A stretch of 64,000 nucleotides of DNA. Source: an uncultured bacterium (GTDB lineage Bacteria; Krumholzibacteriota; Krumholzibacteriia; LZORAL124-64-63). Positions 41,092-52,655 of this stretch are shown in pieces. The first letter of the stretch is position 1. The number at the start of each line of letters is the position of its first letter. Location of the stretch: positions 192,001 to 256,000 of the forward strand of contig CAVSGO010000006.1 of assembly GCA_963727525.1 (NCBI GenBank). Reading direction: 5' to 3'. Under the pieces are notes generated by a model that was given only the letters and a program-made list of their open reading frames with translations, made no database searches and was not told the DNA's origin. The translations under genes and the position numbers were made by a program.

Positions 41092-42327
41092 TTGTCGTTC
41101 CGGTACGTCTTCATCGCCGTGCTCGTCAGCACGGCGATCATTGCTGCCGCTCTGATCGTCAATGCGCGCCGCCCTTCGGTGGAGACGGCGCAGCCGACGG
41201 CCGGGCTCGTCAAGGCGAGCGGCAAATGCGCGGAGTGCCATCGGCGCGAGACCGAGGCCATGGTGGTGGAATACGAGCAGAGCGTGCATGCGACGCGCGG
41301 CGTCAACTGCCTGGATTGCCACCGGCCCATGGACGGACAGGAGTCCTTGGACCATCGGGGCTTCACGATCGCGAAGACGCTGACAGCGAAGAACTGCGCG
41401 CAGTGCCACCAGAACCAGTACGATCAGTTCCTGCGCAGCCGCCATGCGGCGCCGGCGTACGCCGCGGTTCTCGGCGATACCGTGTTCACGCCGCAGCAGA
41501 TCGCTGACGCGGAGCGGTATCATCCCGGCGCGGTCAAGCGCGCCGGCAACCCGCTGGTGGGCCTCGAGGGCGATGCCGCCGCGGTGAAGGGTTGTCTCTC
41601 CTGCCACTCGGTAGGCAAACCCAACGCCGACGGGTCGATCGGCTCGTGCACTGTGTGCCATGGCCGGCACCTGGCCTCGGTACGTCTCGCCCGTCTGCCG
41701 CGCACCTGTGGCCAGTGCCACATGGGTCCGGACCACAGCCAGATCGAGATCTACGACGAGTCGAAACACGGGGTGATCTTCAACGACCTCGCGTCGAAGA
41801 TGAATCTGGATGCGCCACCGCGTACGCTCACGCCGCGCGACATGCCGGTGCCCACCTGCGCCACATGCCACATGAGCGGCATGGGGGGCCAGAAGGTGAC
41901 CCACGACACTTCGGAACGCCTGTCGTACTGGCTCTTCGCCGCCGAGTCCAAGCGGCGACCGGATTACCTCCAGGCGCAGAACGACATGAAGGACCTGTGC
42001 AACACCTGCCACGTTGCAAGCCATACCGACCGCTTCTACGCCGAGGCCGAGTCGGTGGTCACGGCAACGAACAGGAAGATTGCGCAGGGACTGGCCATCA
42101 TCGACAGTCTGCGCCAAGATGGGCTCCTGACGCCGGCCCCGTTCGACGAGCCGATCGAGTTCACCGCCTTCGATTTCTGGCACTACTACGGTCGCACGGC
42201 CAAGCACGGCGCTTTCATGGGCGGCGCGGACTTCGTGCAGTGGCACGGCAATTACGAGTTGCTCAAGCATACGGTCGATCTAAGGGCGGAGGCTGCCGAG
42301 CTGAGGCGCGAGCATGGGCGTCCGTGA
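41092..42327 (+). CDS. Octaheme HAO-family cytochrome c, membrane anchored
   Basis: 8 CxxCH motifs; HMGPDH..IEIYDESKHG, PTCATCHM, HGAFMGG; TTG start with GGAGGT RBS. Confidence 0.9.
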   Translation: MSFRYVFIAVLVSTAIIAAALIVNARRPSVETAQPTAGLVKASGKCAECHRRETEAMVVEYEQSVHATRGVNCLDCHRPMDGQESLDHRGFTIAKTLTAKNCAQCHQNQYDQFLRSRHAAPAYAAVLGDTVFTPQQIADAERYHPGAVKRAGNPLVGLEGDAAAVKGCLSCHSVGKPNADGSIGSCTVCHGRHLASVRLARLPRTCGQCHMGPDHSQIEIYDESKHGVIFNDLASKMNLDAPPRTLTPRDMPVPTCATCHMSGMGGQKVTHDTSERLSYWLFAAESKRRPDYLQAQNDMKDLCNTCHVASHTDRFYAEAESVVTATNRKIAQGLAIIDSLRQDGLLTPAPFDEPIEFTAFDFWHYYGRTAKHGAFMGGADFVQWHGNYELLKHTVDLRAEAAELRREHGRP

Positions 42328-43132
42328 GCGTGTGCGAGGTTGGTCGCGGCCGCTGCTGGTCGAGCTGTTCGCCATCGGCAACCTTGCGTTCCTGACCCTC
42401 GACGTGTTCATCGCCCACTCGATCAACGCCTTCGGTTACCCGATCGAGCGCATCCCCGTGGGCTTCGGCGTGGTTGGCGCCGTGGTGCTGGCGGTGGGCC
42501 TGGTGGCCGACGCTTTCGATCTACGCCGGGCCGCCGCGCGCTGGGCGGGCTACCTGGTGGGGCCGGCGGCGATCCTCGTCGGCGTGGTCGGCCTGTTTCT
42601 GCACCTGAAGAGCAGCTTCTTCGACGCGCAGACGCTCAAGAGCCTCGTCTATACGGCGCCGTTCGCCGCGCCACTCGCGTTCGCGGGCCTCGGCTTCCTC
42701 GTGCTCGCCAACCGCATGGTGCCGCGCGGCTCGCGCGAGTGGGCGCGGTGGGTGCTCTTCCTCGCCTGGGGCGGCTTCGTGGGCAATCTCGCGCTCTCGC
42801 TCGCCGACCACGCACAGAACGGCTTCTTCGACGTGCTCGAGTGGATCCCGGTGTTTGCCGCCGCCCTCGCCGTGGGGTTCCTGCTGGTGGTGCTGGTGCG
42901 CAGCGACGACCGCGTGCTGCTGCGCGCGAGCCTGGGAATCATGGCCCTGCAGGTGGTCGTGGGATGTGTCGGGTTCGTCCTGCACGTTCACGCTGACCTG
43001 CACCAGCCTGCCCCCGGGATCGTCCAGGCCATCCTCTTCGGCGCTCCGCCGTTCGCTCCGCTCCTGTTCGCCGACCTGGCGGCCCTGGCGGCGATCGCCC
43101 TGTGGGATCTCCTCGAAGCGCCGGCCGACTGA
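42314..43132 (+). CDS. Integral membrane protein with internal duplication and 4 His
   Basis: Overlaps the cytochrome stop; two repeats H..NxF...E.IP...G..LH...AP..APL.FA.L. Confidence 0.8.
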   Translation: MGVRERVRGWSRPLLVELFAIGNLAFLTLDVFIAHSINAFGYPIERIPVGFGVVGAVVLAVGLVADAFDLRRAAARWAGYLVGPAAILVGVVGLFLHLKSSFFDAQTLKSLVYTAPFAAPLAFAGLGFLVLANRMVPRGSREWARWVLFLAWGGFVGNLALSLADHAQNGFFDVLEWIPVFAAALAVGFLLVVLVRSDDRVLLRASLGIMALQVVVGCVGFVLHVHADLHQPAPGIVQAILFGAPPFAPLLFADLAALAAIALWDLLEAPAD

Positions 43133-43250
43133 GGACGACTCGGGGGACCGGCGTCACCCTACCGCCGATATGGACTTGTCCCGGCCCCCTGTCTACCTTG
43201 GAGGCACACGGCAGGCCTTGTACCCCTTCTTTCGGGAGTGTGCGGACGTC

Positions 43251-45188
43251 ATGGGTCAGACGATGGTGGAAAAGATCTGTCAACAGCATCTCGCCGAGGG
43301 GCCCGACCGGCCCCTGCGCGCGGGTGACGTGATCTCGCTGCGGCCGCGGCACGTGATGACGCACGACAACACGGCGCCGGTGCTCAAGAAGTTCAAGGCG
43401 ATCGGCGCCACCCGGATCCACGATCCGCGTCAGGTGGTGTTCACCCTCGACCACGAGATCCAGAACACGACGCCCGAGAATCTCGCGAAGTACACGCAGA
43501 TCGAGGACTTCGCGAAGGAACACGGCATCGACTTCTACCCGGCCGGCACGGGGATCGGACACCAGATCATGGTGTCGCACGGCTACGTGGTGCCCGGGTC
43601 GCTCGTGGTGGCCTCCGACTCGCACTCCAACATGTATGGCGCACTCGGCGCCTGTGGCACGCCCGTGGTGCGCACCGACGCCGCCGCGATCTGGGCAACC
43701 GGCGAGTTCTGGTGGCAGATTCCGCGTTCGATCCAGGTGACGCTCAGCGGCAAGCTCCAGGGCGGCGCCACCGGCAAGGACGTCATCGTCTCGCTGTGCG
43801 GCCTGTACAACCAGGGCGAGGTGCTCAACGCCGCCATCGAGTTCACCGGGCCGGGCGTGGCCACGCTGAGCATGGATGAGCGCATGGCCATCAGCAACAT
43901 GACCACCGAGTGGGGCGCCCTCGTCGGCTGGTTCCCCGCCGACGACGTCACCCTCGCCTACCTGCGCGAGCGCAAGGCGAAGCTCGATCTGACGCGCTAC
44001 AGCGATGCCGATCTCGAGCACTGGGCGCAGCAGCCGCTCCAGCCTGATCCCGACGCCGTGTATGCCGGCACCATCGCCCTCGATCTGGGCGACGTGAGCC
44101 CGCACGTGTCGGGCCCCGATTCCGTGCAGGTGATGCGTTCGGTAGCCGACATTGCGCGCGAGAAGGTGCGCATACAGAAGGCCTATCTCGTGTCGTGCGT
44201 GAACAGCCGGCTCTCGGACCTCGATGCGGCGGCGGCCGTGATCAAGGACCGCCACGTGGCCGACGGCGTGGCGTTCTACGTGGCCGCGGCGAGTGCCGAG
44301 GTGCAGCAGGACGCCGAGGCCTCGGGCGCCTGGGGCGCGCTGCTTGCCGCGGGCGCGAAGCCGCTCCCTTCTGGCTGCGGGCCGTGCATCGGGTTGGGCA
44401 CCGGGCTGCTGGAACCGGGGGAGGTGGGCATCTCGGCCACCAACCGCAACTTCAAGGGCCGCATGGGCTCGCGCGAGGCGAAGGCCTATCTGGCCAGCCC
44501 GCAGGTGGTGGCCGCATCGGCTGTGGCCGGCTACATCACGGCGCCCGCCGCGGTGGTCGACTGCGCGCCGGCCTACGCCTTCACGGTGGGCGCGGTGAAG
44601 GCCAGCGGCGGCGGCGAGCACATCGCCATCCTCGAGGGTTTTCCGCCGCGCATCGAGGGGCGCCTGGTCTTCCTGCCGCAGGACAACCTGAACACCGACG
44701 GCATCTACGGCAAGGACTACACCTACCGTGAGTTGACGCGCGAGGAGATGGCGAAGGTCGTCATGCAGAACTACGACCCCGCCTTCGTCCAGAAGGTACA
44801 CGCGGGCGACATCCTCGTGGGCGGGGCCAACTTCGGTACGGGATCCAGCCGCGAGCAGGCGGCTACCGCGTTGCTGGCCGCGGGCTTGCCGCTGGTGATT
44901 GCGAGCAGCTTCTCGCAGACCTACCTGCGCAACGCATACAACAACGGCTTCGTGTGCATCGAGTGCCCCGAGCTGGTGGCTGACCTGCGGCAAACGCTCG
45001 CCGACCGCGTGCAGGGCGGCGAGGCGACCATCATCCCCGGCGACGTCATCACCATCGATTTCACCCGCGGTTCAGCCGCCTACGCTGGCCGCGACTACGC
45101 TTTCCCCGCGCTCGGCTCGGTGCCGCAGTCGCTCTACGTGGCCGGTGGCATCGAGAACCTCGTGCGCAAGAAGCTGAGACTCGCGTGA
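43251..45188 (+). CDS. Single-chain homoaconitase-like (aconitase family) enzyme
   Basis: [35 protein letters not shown], fused swivel domain ([15 protein letters not shown]). Confidence 0.88.
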   Translation: MGQTMVEKICQQHLAEGPDRPLRAGDVISLRPRHVMTHDNTAPVLKKFKAIGATRIHDPRQVVFTLDHEIQNTTPENLAKYTQIEDFAKEHGIDFYPAGTGIGHQIMVSHGYVVPGSLVVASDSHSNMYGALGACGTPVVRTDAAAIWATGEFWWQIPRSIQVTLSGKLQGGATGKDVIVSLCGLYNQGEVLNAAIEFTGPGVATLSMDERMAISNMTTEWGALVGWFPADDVTLAYLRERKAKLDLTRYSDADLEHWAQQPLQPDPDAVYAGTIALDLGDVSPHVSGPDSVQVMRSVADIAREKVRIQKAYLVSCVNSRLSDLDAAAAVIKDRHVADGVAFYVAAASAEVQQDAEASGAWGALLAAGAKPLPSGCGPCIGLGTGLLEPGEVGISATNRNFKGRMGSREAKAYLASPQVVAASAVAGYITAPAAVVDCAPAYAFTVGAVKASGGGEHIAILEGFPPRIEGRLVFLPQDNLNTDGIYGKDYTYRELTREEMAKVVMQNYDPAFVQKVHAGDILVGGANFGTGSSREQAATALLAAGLPLVIASSFSQTYLRNAYNNGFVCIECPELVADLRQTLADRVQGGEATIIPGDVITIDFTRGSAAYAGRDYAFPALGSVPQSLYVAGGIENLVRKKLRLA

Positions 45189-47050
45189 CTGCATCCCGTG
45201 ACCGCAACGTCGCGAACTTCCTGCCGCGAAGCCGCGCGGAGATGGCGGCCCTGGGGTGGGACCGTTGCGACGTGGTCCTGGTCACGGGCGACGCGTACGT
45301 CGACCATCCCTCCTACGGCGTGGCCCTCATCGCGCGCCTGCTCGAGAGCCGGGGTCTGCGCGTCGGCGTGATCGCCCAGCCCGACTGGCGCGGCACCGCC
45401 GACTTCGCGCAGCTCGGCGAACCGCGGCTGTGCTTCGGCGTCACGGGTGGCAATGTCGACTCGATGGTCGCCAACACCACTGCCGGCAAGCGCCGCCGCA
45501 AGTTCGACGATTACGCGCCCGGCGACCGCGCCGGCCTGCGCCCCGACCGGGCCGTGATCGTCTACGCGAATCGACTGCGCGAGGCATTCGGCTCTGTGCC
45601 CATCATGCTCGGTGGCCTCGAGGCCAGCCTGCGTCGCCTCGCGCACTACGACTACTGGGAGGATCGGGTGCGCCGCGGGGTGCTCGTCGACGCGCGCGCC
45701 GATATCCTGGTCTACGGCATGGGCGAGCGGCAGATCGCGGAGATCATGGAACGCCTCGAGCGCGGCGCGACGCTCGACGGCATCCGCGGCACCGTGGTGG
45801 TGCGCGGCGCCGATGCGGTGCCGGCCGACGCCGTGACGCTACCTTCTTACGAGGAGGCGGCCGCCGATCGCGACGCCTTCGGTGCGGCCTTCAAGCTGGC
45901 CTACCGCGAGATGGATCCCGGCGTGGGGCGCGCCGTCGTCCAGCCGCACGGCGATCGCGTGGTGATCCAGTATCCGCCCGCACTGCCGCTGACCACCGCC
46001 GAGCTGGACGCGCTCTACGCCCTGCCCTACGCGCGGGCGTGGCACCCCGACTACGACGCCGCGGGCGGCATCCGCGCCTTCGAGACGGTGCGCCACTCCA
46101 TCACCTCGCACCGGGGTTGCAGCGGCGAGTGCGCGTTCTGCGCGATCTACTTCCATCAAGGACGCATCGTGCAATCGCGCAGCGAGGCGTCGATCCTCGC
46201 CGAGGGGCGCGCGCTGGCAGCGCGGCAGGACTTCAACGGCACGATCACCGACGTCGGCGGTCCCACCGCCAACATGTATGCTTGCTCCTGCGCGCGCTGG
46301 AAGAAGCACCGCTTCTGCTCTGACAAGCACTGCCTCGTGCCCGACAAATGCTTATCGTTCAAGCGCGGCTACAGCGCCTGCATCCAGCTCTACCGCAAGC
46401 TCGCCGCTATTCCGGGCGTGAAGCACGTGTTCATCGGCAGCGGCCTGCGCCACGATCTGCTGGCCGACGACGAGGCGCGCCCCTACCTCGAGCAGATCTG
46501 CCGATACCAGGTGAGCGGTCTGCTGAAGGTGGCGCCCGAGCATTGTGACGACGGCGTGCTCGGCCTGATGCGCAAGCCCCGCTTCGCCGTCTACGAGGAG
46601 TTCGTGAAGCGTTTCAAGGCGGCCGCACGCGCGGTGGGCAAGGAGATCTACATCGTCAACTATTTCATCACGTCGCATCCCGGCGCCACGTTGCGCGAGA
46701 ACCTGAAGCTGGCGCTCTACCTTGCGAAGAGGCGGATCAAACCGGAGCAGATCCAGGACTTCATCCCCTCGCCGATGACGCTGTCCACCTGCATCTATCA
46801 CACCGGCCGCGATCCGTTCACGGGCAAGGCCGTGCCAGTGGCTCGTGGTGAGCGCGAGCGCCGTCTGCAACGCGCCATGGTCCAGTACGACAAGCCGGGC
46901 AACCGCGCACTCCTGGCAGAAGCGCTCGATACGATCGATAGTCGCCACGTGCTTCCCAAGTTCGACGCCGCCATCGCGGCCACGCAGACCAGCAAGCGCG
47001 GCCGACGACCGCTACGTCGCTCCGCACCGCCCCGGAGGCGCCGCTCATGA
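45185..47050 (+). CDS. ygiQ: YgiQ (UPF0313) radical SAM protein
   Basis: [39 protein letters not shown]. Confidence 0.92.
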   Translation: MTASRDRNVANFLPRSRAEMAALGWDRCDVVLVTGDAYVDHPSYGVALIARLLESRGLRVGVIAQPDWRGTADFAQLGEPRLCFGVTGGNVDSMVANTTAGKRRRKFDDYAPGDRAGLRPDRAVIVYANRLREAFGSVPIMLGGLEASLRRLAHYDYWEDRVRRGVLVDARADILVYGMGERQIAEIMERLERGATLDGIRGTVVVRGADAVPADAVTLPSYEEAAADRDAFGAAFKLAYREMDPGVGRAVVQPHGDRVVIQYPPALPLTTAELDALYALPYARAWHPDYDAAGGIRAFETVRHSITSHRGCSGECAFCAIYFHQGRIVQSRSEASILAEGRALAARQDFNGTITDVGGPTANMYACSCARWKKHRFCSDKHCLVPDKCLSFKRGYSACIQLYRKLAAIPGVKHVFIGSGLRHDLLADDEARPYLEQICRYQVSGLLKVAPEHCDDGVLGLMRKPRFAVYEEFVKRFKAAARAVGKEIYIVNYFITSHPGATLRENLKLALYLAKRRIKPEQIQDFIPSPMTLSTCIYHTGRDPFTGKAVPVARGERERRLQRAMVQYDKPGNRALLAEALDTIDSRHVLPKFDAAIAATQTSKRGRRPLRRSAPPRRRRS

Positions 47051-48429
47051 CCAATCCGCATGCCCGCCCTGAAGCCCCGGCCATCTACGATGACCCGCGC
47101 GTGCCGGAGCACACGTTCCACCTGTGGACCCGCTACGTGACGGCCGATATCGGCACGGCCCTCGATCGCTGGCTCTCGCGCGAACTCGGGGCCCTCGTCG
47201 GACTGCGGCGGCAGCAGCGGCTGTGGATCGGCGAGCAGCTCACCGACGCCGTGCGCTTCGCGCCACTGGCCCTCTTCTGCGACCACCTCTGCGCGCATCC
47301 GCCCACGAGTCTTGATCCCGATGGCCTCGATGCGGCCCTCGATCCCTGGGCCGCGGCCGAGCCGGACCCGGTGGCCATGGGCCAGTGGCTGCGCGCACTG
47401 CCGGCGTCGGCCGCGTTCTTCTGGGTGTTCCTGCGCAAGCGGCAGGCGGGCGCGACGATGCCGAAGGTCACCTTGCCGCATCCCGACGCGATGAGCGTCT
47501 GGCGCGCCGCGCGCGAGTGGTGCGTGGCTTCGCCGCGCCTGGAGGTGCAGCTCCTCTGGGCCGGCTTGCCGCCATGGTTGGCACCGACGCTCGCGCGCCG
47601 GGCCGCGTCGTCAGGCTGGACCGACTGGCAGACTCATCAGTTCCTCACGTTGCTGGCCACGCGGCCGCCGCTGTGGTTGCGGCTGAACGATCCCGACCAT
47701 CGCGACGCCGTCCTCGCCGAGCTTGAGGAATTCCACTTCACCCTGGTGACCAGCGACGGCGACGCCCTCGCCGTGAAGGGCCCGCGCGGCATCGTCGAGC
47801 GCGCCTGCATCCGCGAGGGACACGTGGCCATCCAGGACATGGCGAGCCAGCGCATCGGCCTGGCCGTGGGCGTGGAGCCGGGCCACTTCGTCTGGGACGC
47901 CTGTGCCGGCGGCGGCGGCAAGAGCCTGCAACTCGCCGCCCTCATGCGCGGCCGCGGCGCCATCTACGCCACCGATATCAACCCGCGCCGCCTCCAGGAT
48001 CTGCGCTTGCGGGCGCAGCGCGCGGGCTTCACTTCGATCCGCGCCCACGAGTGGGACGGCCAGGCCCTGCCCCCCTTCGGCAACGCGGTGGCCAAGCACG
48101 GCGGCTTCGACCGCGTGCTCGTGGACGCGCCGTGTTCGGGCTCCGGTACCTGGCGCCGCAACGTGGAGGGCCGCCTCATGGTACGCCGCGACGAGATCGC
48201 CGGCCTCACCGCGCGCCAGGGGCGCCTGCTCGACGTGGCCGCGGGGGCCGTGAAATCCGGCGGCCGCCTCGTCTACGCCACCTGCTCGTTCCGCTGCGAG
48301 GAGAACGAGGACGTGGTCGCCGCCTTCCTCGGCGGACATCCCGAGTTCACGCTGGTGGAGCGGCGCGTGCACGGCAGTCCTGACGAGGACGCCGACACGA
48401 CGTTCACGGCGGTGTGCGAGCGGCAATGA
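47047..48429 (+). CDS. RsmB/NOP-family RNA m5C methyltransferase
   Basis: [29 protein letters not shown]. Confidence 0.9.
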   Translation: MTNPHARPEAPAIYDDPRVPEHTFHLWTRYVTADIGTALDRWLSRELGALVGLRRQQRLWIGEQLTDAVRFAPLALFCDHLCAHPPTSLDPDGLDAALDPWAAAEPDPVAMGQWLRALPASAAFFWVFLRKRQAGATMPKVTLPHPDAMSVWRAAREWCVASPRLEVQLLWAGLPPWLAPTLARRAASSGWTDWQTHQFLTLLATRPPLWLRLNDPDHRDAVLAELEEFHFTLVTSDGDALAVKGPRGIVERACIREGHVAIQDMASQRIGLAVGVEPGHFVWDACAGGGGKSLQLAALMRGRGAIYATDINPRRLQDLRLRAQRAGFTSIRAHEWDGQALPPFGNAVAKHGGFDRVLVDAPCSGSGTWRRNVEGRLMVRRDEIAGLTARQGRLLDVAAGAVKSGGRLVYATCSFRCEENEDVVAAFLGGHPEFTLVERRVHGSPDEDADTTFTAVCERQ

Positions 48430-48539
48430 CCACGCGTTCGCGATGCGGAAGAATCGGAACATCGTACCGGCGTCATTTCCGTGGAGCGGAGCCGACCCGG
48501 ATCTCGAACGAAGCCGTCGCCAACCCGAGGTGAAACGAC

Positions 48540-50087
48540 GTGAAGGTGCTGTACATCGCGGCGGAGTGCAAGCCGTTCTCGAAGACGGGGGGTGTGGGGG
48601 ACGTGGCCGGGGAGCTGCCGGGAGCGATCCGGGAGTGTGGTGTGGACATCGAGATCGTGACGCCGCTTTATGGGCGGGCGAAGGTCGATGAGCGCGAGCT
48701 CGAATCGGTCGCGAGCTACGAGGTAATATTCCAGGGCCAGCGGGAGCGCGTCGAGGTGCTGCGGACCAGGCACGACGGGGTGGCGGTCAACTTCGTCAGG
48801 AATGCGACCTACTTCGCGGTCGACTACTCGACGGGGGTGCATGCCGTGCCCTTCCTCAACCCACACCTGTTCAAGAAAGACTACGCCACGCCGTACGTCG
48901 ACAGCGCGCCGGAGCCCATCGCCTTCTACGACGACGCATTGCGGTTCTCGTTCTTCAGCGCGGCCTGCCTGCCCTTCATCGAGAAGCTACGGCCCGACAT
49001 CGTGCACGCGAACGACTGGGTACTCGGCTACCTCTTCGGGTGGATGGCGATGAAGGGGCTGCCGCCGAAGCGGGTGCTGACCATTCACAACATCGGCTAC
49101 CAGGGGAACATCGGACGCGACACGATCACGGGCTGGGACATCGAGACGATCGCGAACGATCGCGCGCTCGGGCCGTTGTTCGCCGATCCCCGCGTCGACT
49201 GGGAAAGCGTCAACGCGCTGCGGCTGGCCATGGAACTGGCCCACCAGGTGAACGCCGTCAGCCCCACGTACGCGCGCGAGATCACCGAGTCCGAGGACGG
49301 GAGCCGATACTTCGAGGGCGGCAAGGGGCTCGATGAGGTGGCGCGCCGGCTGGCGGGCCCGCCGCAGCGGTTGCACGGAATCCTGAACGGGTTCGCCTAC
49401 GCCCAGGCGCCGGACCGAGCCTGCTTCGAAGCCATCCTCGCCGAGAAGTCCCGCATGAAGCGCGCGCTGGCCCGCGACTACGGCGCTGCGGACGCCATGC
49501 TCATCGGGTTCGTCGGGCGGGCCGTGGAGCAGAAATTCCGACTTCTGACCGAAACGCTCGATGGCAGGAGCGTCCTCGCGCACATCCTCGACATCCCGGA
49601 CGTCAACGTGGCCGTGCTGGCGACGGGCCAGCGGGAGTACGAAACCTTCCTGAGGAGCGACGAGCTGGCGGCGCGGCCCAACTTCCACGCGACGATCGCG
49701 TACGACCGAACGAAGGCCGGACAGATCAGCCTCGGCAGCGATGTGTTCCTGATGCCGAGCCTGTTCGAACCCTGCGGGATCACGCAGATGGAGTCGATGA
49801 ACTGCGCGACACCGCCCCTCGTGCGCTGGACGGGCGGTCTCGTGGATACCGTCCAGCCGCCGACGCACCCGTCGGGCGGCACCGGCTTCGGCTTCGACGG
49901 GCGGACGCGGGACGAGGTGCTACACAACCTCGTCGCGGCGGTGCGCGACGCGCACGCGCTGTATCACGGCAACCGGGCAGCCTTCCGCGAGATGCAGTGG
50001 CGCGGCTTCCAGCAGCGGTTCCTTTGGGCGGACGCCGCGGCGGATTACGTCGCCAAGCTCTACGAGCCGGCGCTCGGCTCGCGGTGA
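48540..50087 (+). CDS. glgA: Glycogen/starch synthase (GT5)
   Basis: KTGGVGDV, HANDW, TIHNIGYQG, VSPTYA, PSLFEPCG, TGGLVDTV. Confidence 0.88.
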   Translation: MKVLYIAAECKPFSKTGGVGDVAGELPGAIRECGVDIEIVTPLYGRAKVDERELESVASYEVIFQGQRERVEVLRTRHDGVAVNFVRNATYFAVDYSTGVHAVPFLNPHLFKKDYATPYVDSAPEPIAFYDDALRFSFFSAACLPFIEKLRPDIVHANDWVLGYLFGWMAMKGLPPKRVLTIHNIGYQGNIGRDTITGWDIETIANDRALGPLFADPRVDWESVNALRLAMELAHQVNAVSPTYAREITESEDGSRYFEGGKGLDEVARRLAGPPQRLHGILNGFAYAQAPDRACFEAILAEKSRMKRALARDYGAADAMLIGFVGRAVEQKFRLLTETLDGRSVLAHILDIPDVNVAVLATGQREYETFLRSDELAARPNFHATIAYDRTKAGQISLGSDVFLMPSLFEPCGITQMESMNCATPPLVRWTGGLVDTVQPPTHPSGGTGFGFDGRTRDEVLHNLVAAVRDAHALYHGNRAAFREMQWRGFQQRFLWADAAADYVAKLYEPALGSR

Positions 50088-50328
50088 ACGCAAGTGAAGG
50101 ACCGGTGCGCGTGAGAGGTGCGTGAGCCGTTGCGCGACTCACGGCCACAGGATGTGCAGATAGGGAGATCACCACGCCGCGCGCGGCGGCGTGATGGCGG
50201 AAACCGCGGTTCGATTAGACCGTCAATTCTTACGATACGCCTTCTTGCAATCCGGCAGCGACCCGACCTTCCGCGACGTGGGCTCATACCTGCGGTCGGG
50301 ACGAACTGACGCGCAGGCATTGCGCTGA

Positions 50329-52578
50329 CTAGTAGTCCAGCCACTCGATCGGCGACTCAAGCCGCGCGCCCTTGATACGCTCGATCAGTTCGGTGAACAC
50401 AGGGATATTGTTGTCGAAGGAGCCGTGGGTCGCCGGCACCTGGGCGCCGGTACGGGTGCAGGTCACGGTGGGGCTGGTGATCGGCCTCGCCAGCAGTTGC
50501 GTGTCCACGATCGGCTTCCACCGCTTCTGCCAGGTCTGCACGAAGGGCAGCTCGCTCGCTTGCCACTGGTCGGAGTCGTCCGCGTAGCCAGGCTGCAATG
50601 CACGTTCCATGCCCAGCAATGGCATCTTGCGCTGGTCATCGAGTGCGCGCGAGACGAGGTACAGCAGCGACTTGCCGTAGGCCGCGGTCGTGGGGCAAGG
50701 CAAACCGTCGCGTTTCTCGTTGGCATCCGACAGGTAGTAGAGCCACAGGCGGTCGAGCGACAGCAGCTTCTTGCTGGCGGCGGCGAGGTAGCGTTCGACC
50801 GCGAAGCGCAGTGAACACGCGGCCGCGAGCAGAGTACAGGTGCTCACCCGAGGCGACGCCTGGCGCAGATCGGAGCGCAGACAGCGTTCGAGGTAGTGCC
50901 CGAGCAGGATCGACCCCGCCGAATGGCCGGCAAGGTGCAATTCGAGGCTGCGCTGCTTCTTCTGCAGCGACGCATCGACGTCGGCGAGGTTGCGGGCCAG
51001 AAGGTCGAGGCCGCGCCCCGCCTGCGTACCGAAACTGGCGTTCTCACACATCTCGCTCCAGATGCCCCTGCCCAGGACGTGGGCAACTGCCTCGCAGGCG
51101 CGATCGCGCGCGTCTTCGAACTTCTCCTTGAGCTGATCGAGGACGCCTGCCGTCAGACCATCGTCGCCGCCGCCAATGCGCTTCAGCCAGTCGGTGACCA
51201 TGTCGGCGATCGTCTCGCCGGCGCCCGTCTGCCAGGTCAAGAACAGCGGGTAGATGCCGTTGGCGTGGAAGCAGGGCCCGAGCACGCGGTTGCGCGCAAT
51301 CGCCTGCTCCTGGGAATTCAGGCCCCCATGCGCGTAGAGGGCGAGCTTGACCGGACCCTTGGGTTGTTTGAGCGCCCATCTGAGGATGCTGTCGTGCACG
51401 ATGCCCTTCGCGTAGGCCTCGTGGTCATCGGTGTCGCTGGTCAGATCGCAGACGATCAGTTCGCCGTCGTTGCCCGTGACTAGGGAGTGCTGGTACGCCT
51501 CGCCAGTCGACCAGGGCTGGTAGTCCGGATTCGCGAAGTCGTGGTCGAAGGGCCATGGGTCGTGCGGCGGATTGCCCACCGCGCTTGCCGCGCGATCCCG
51601 AGAGACGAGATGCCGACCCGTGGGCACGGGCCAGTGCGAGGAGATCCGCGCGGAGTCCGCCAGGTCTGCCGGCACGCCGAGGGCGCAGGCCCAGGCGTCG
51701 GTGCCATGCAAGATCCAGTCGTCGTAGGGTAGAAGCGCGAATCCCGAGGCACCCCAGCTCGTCCCCCACGAATTCTGCACGACGAAGCCGCGCTCATTGA
51801 AGCCCACCAGCGCGAAGGCGTGGCCGCCCATGCTCTTGCGATCAGTGACCGGCGCGATGACTGGCAGGTCGTCGTGCGAGCGCGGCGAGCGCAAGGGCGT
51901 GTCCAGAAGCAACGCGTCCCAGCCGTCGTGAGCCTGGCCGGAGACGTAGACGGCGCCGATTTCCGCGATCGCTGCTTGCAAGTCGACGACCGCGTCCTTC
52001 TTGACGCGGTAATATACGCCGATCGTGCGTTTGCCCGCATCCGTGTCCCAGCCCTTGCGTGGTGAGACGAACGCCGCCTTGCCGCTCTTGAGGATCCGGT
52101 ACGGCCACAGCGACTCGCCACAGACGCCATGCTTATGCCAGCCTTTCAAGGCACCGCGACAGCTCGAGCCCTCGTAGTTCTGCCCCGGCCATTCGTCATA
52201 ACGTTTGGCGAGCTGGTAAAACATCTGCGGACTGACGGATTCGAAGACCTCGTCGGCAACGGTCTCGATGTGCCGGATCCACAGCAAGTAGTTTGCAACG
52301 CAGGCCAGACCGAAGCCCGTACATGCGCCCTCGGTACCCTGGTCGCGGATCAAGCCAGCTTTGACGTAGGCAGCCAGGTGCTTGCGGATGAACCCGTCGG
52401 AAGGAAAGCGGACGGGCAACGAGCGCAGCGGTGGTCGGTAGAGGAGGTCGCGGAAGTCGAGTCGGTCGGGGCGGGCATCGAAGACGCGACCGCGGAGGCC
52501 GGCGACCTTGCTCCCGGCGGTCGTGACGGGCTGCGTCGGCTTGGCGACGGGTTTCCGGCTGCGTGTACGTTTTGCCAT
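50329..52578 (-). CDS. C1 (papain-like) peptidase fused to an alpha/beta-hydrolase domain
   Basis: DQG.EGACTGF, GGHAF, QNSWG; YAHGGLN, GHSAG, HGSFDN. Confidence 0.85.
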   Translation of the reverse strand: MAKRTRSRKPVAKPTQPVTTAGSKVAGLRGRVFDARPDRLDFRDLLYRPPLRSLPVRFPSDGFIRKHLAAYVKAGLIRDQGTEGACTGFGLACVANYLLWIRHIETVADEVFESVSPQMFYQLAKRYDEWPGQNYEGSSCRGALKGWHKHGVCGESLWPYRILKSGKAAFVSPRKGWDTDAGKRTIGVYYRVKKDAVVDLQAAIAEIGAVYVSGQAHDGWDALLLDTPLRSPRSHDDLPVIAPVTDRKSMGGHAFALVGFNERGFVVQNSWGTSWGASGFALLPYDDWILHGTDAWACALGVPADLADSARISSHWPVPTGRHLVSRDRAASAVGNPPHDPWPFDHDFANPDYQPWSTGEAYQHSLVTGNDGELIVCDLTSDTDDHEAYAKGIVHDSILRWALKQPKGPVKLALYAHGGLNSQEQAIARNRVLGPCFHANGIYPLFLTWQTGAGETIADMVTDWLKRIGGGDDGLTAGVLDQLKEKFEDARDRACEAVAHVLGRGIWSEMCENASFGTQAGRGLDLLARNLADVDASLQKKQRSLELHLAGHSAGSILLGHYLERCLRSDLRQASPRVSTCTLLAAACSLRFAVERYLAAASKKLLSLDRLWLYYLSDANEKRDGLPCPTTAAYGKSLLYLVSRALDDQRKMPLLGMERALQPGYADDSDQWQASELPFVQTWQKRWKPIVDTQLLARPITSPTVTCTRTGAQVPATHGSFDNNIPVFTELIERIKGARLESPIEWLDY

Positions 52579-52655
52579 GAGTCCGCGCTCCCTGTTCGGG
52601 CGAATGCGGGTGGAGGACATGCCCATCAGACTAGCCCAGGCGCAGCCGGAGTCAA

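Noticed and set aside
41092-42327. Ammonia-oxidiser HAO or anammox marker
   Set aside because: Short protein, no apparent cross-linking Tyr, and no cycA/cycB, amo or hzs context
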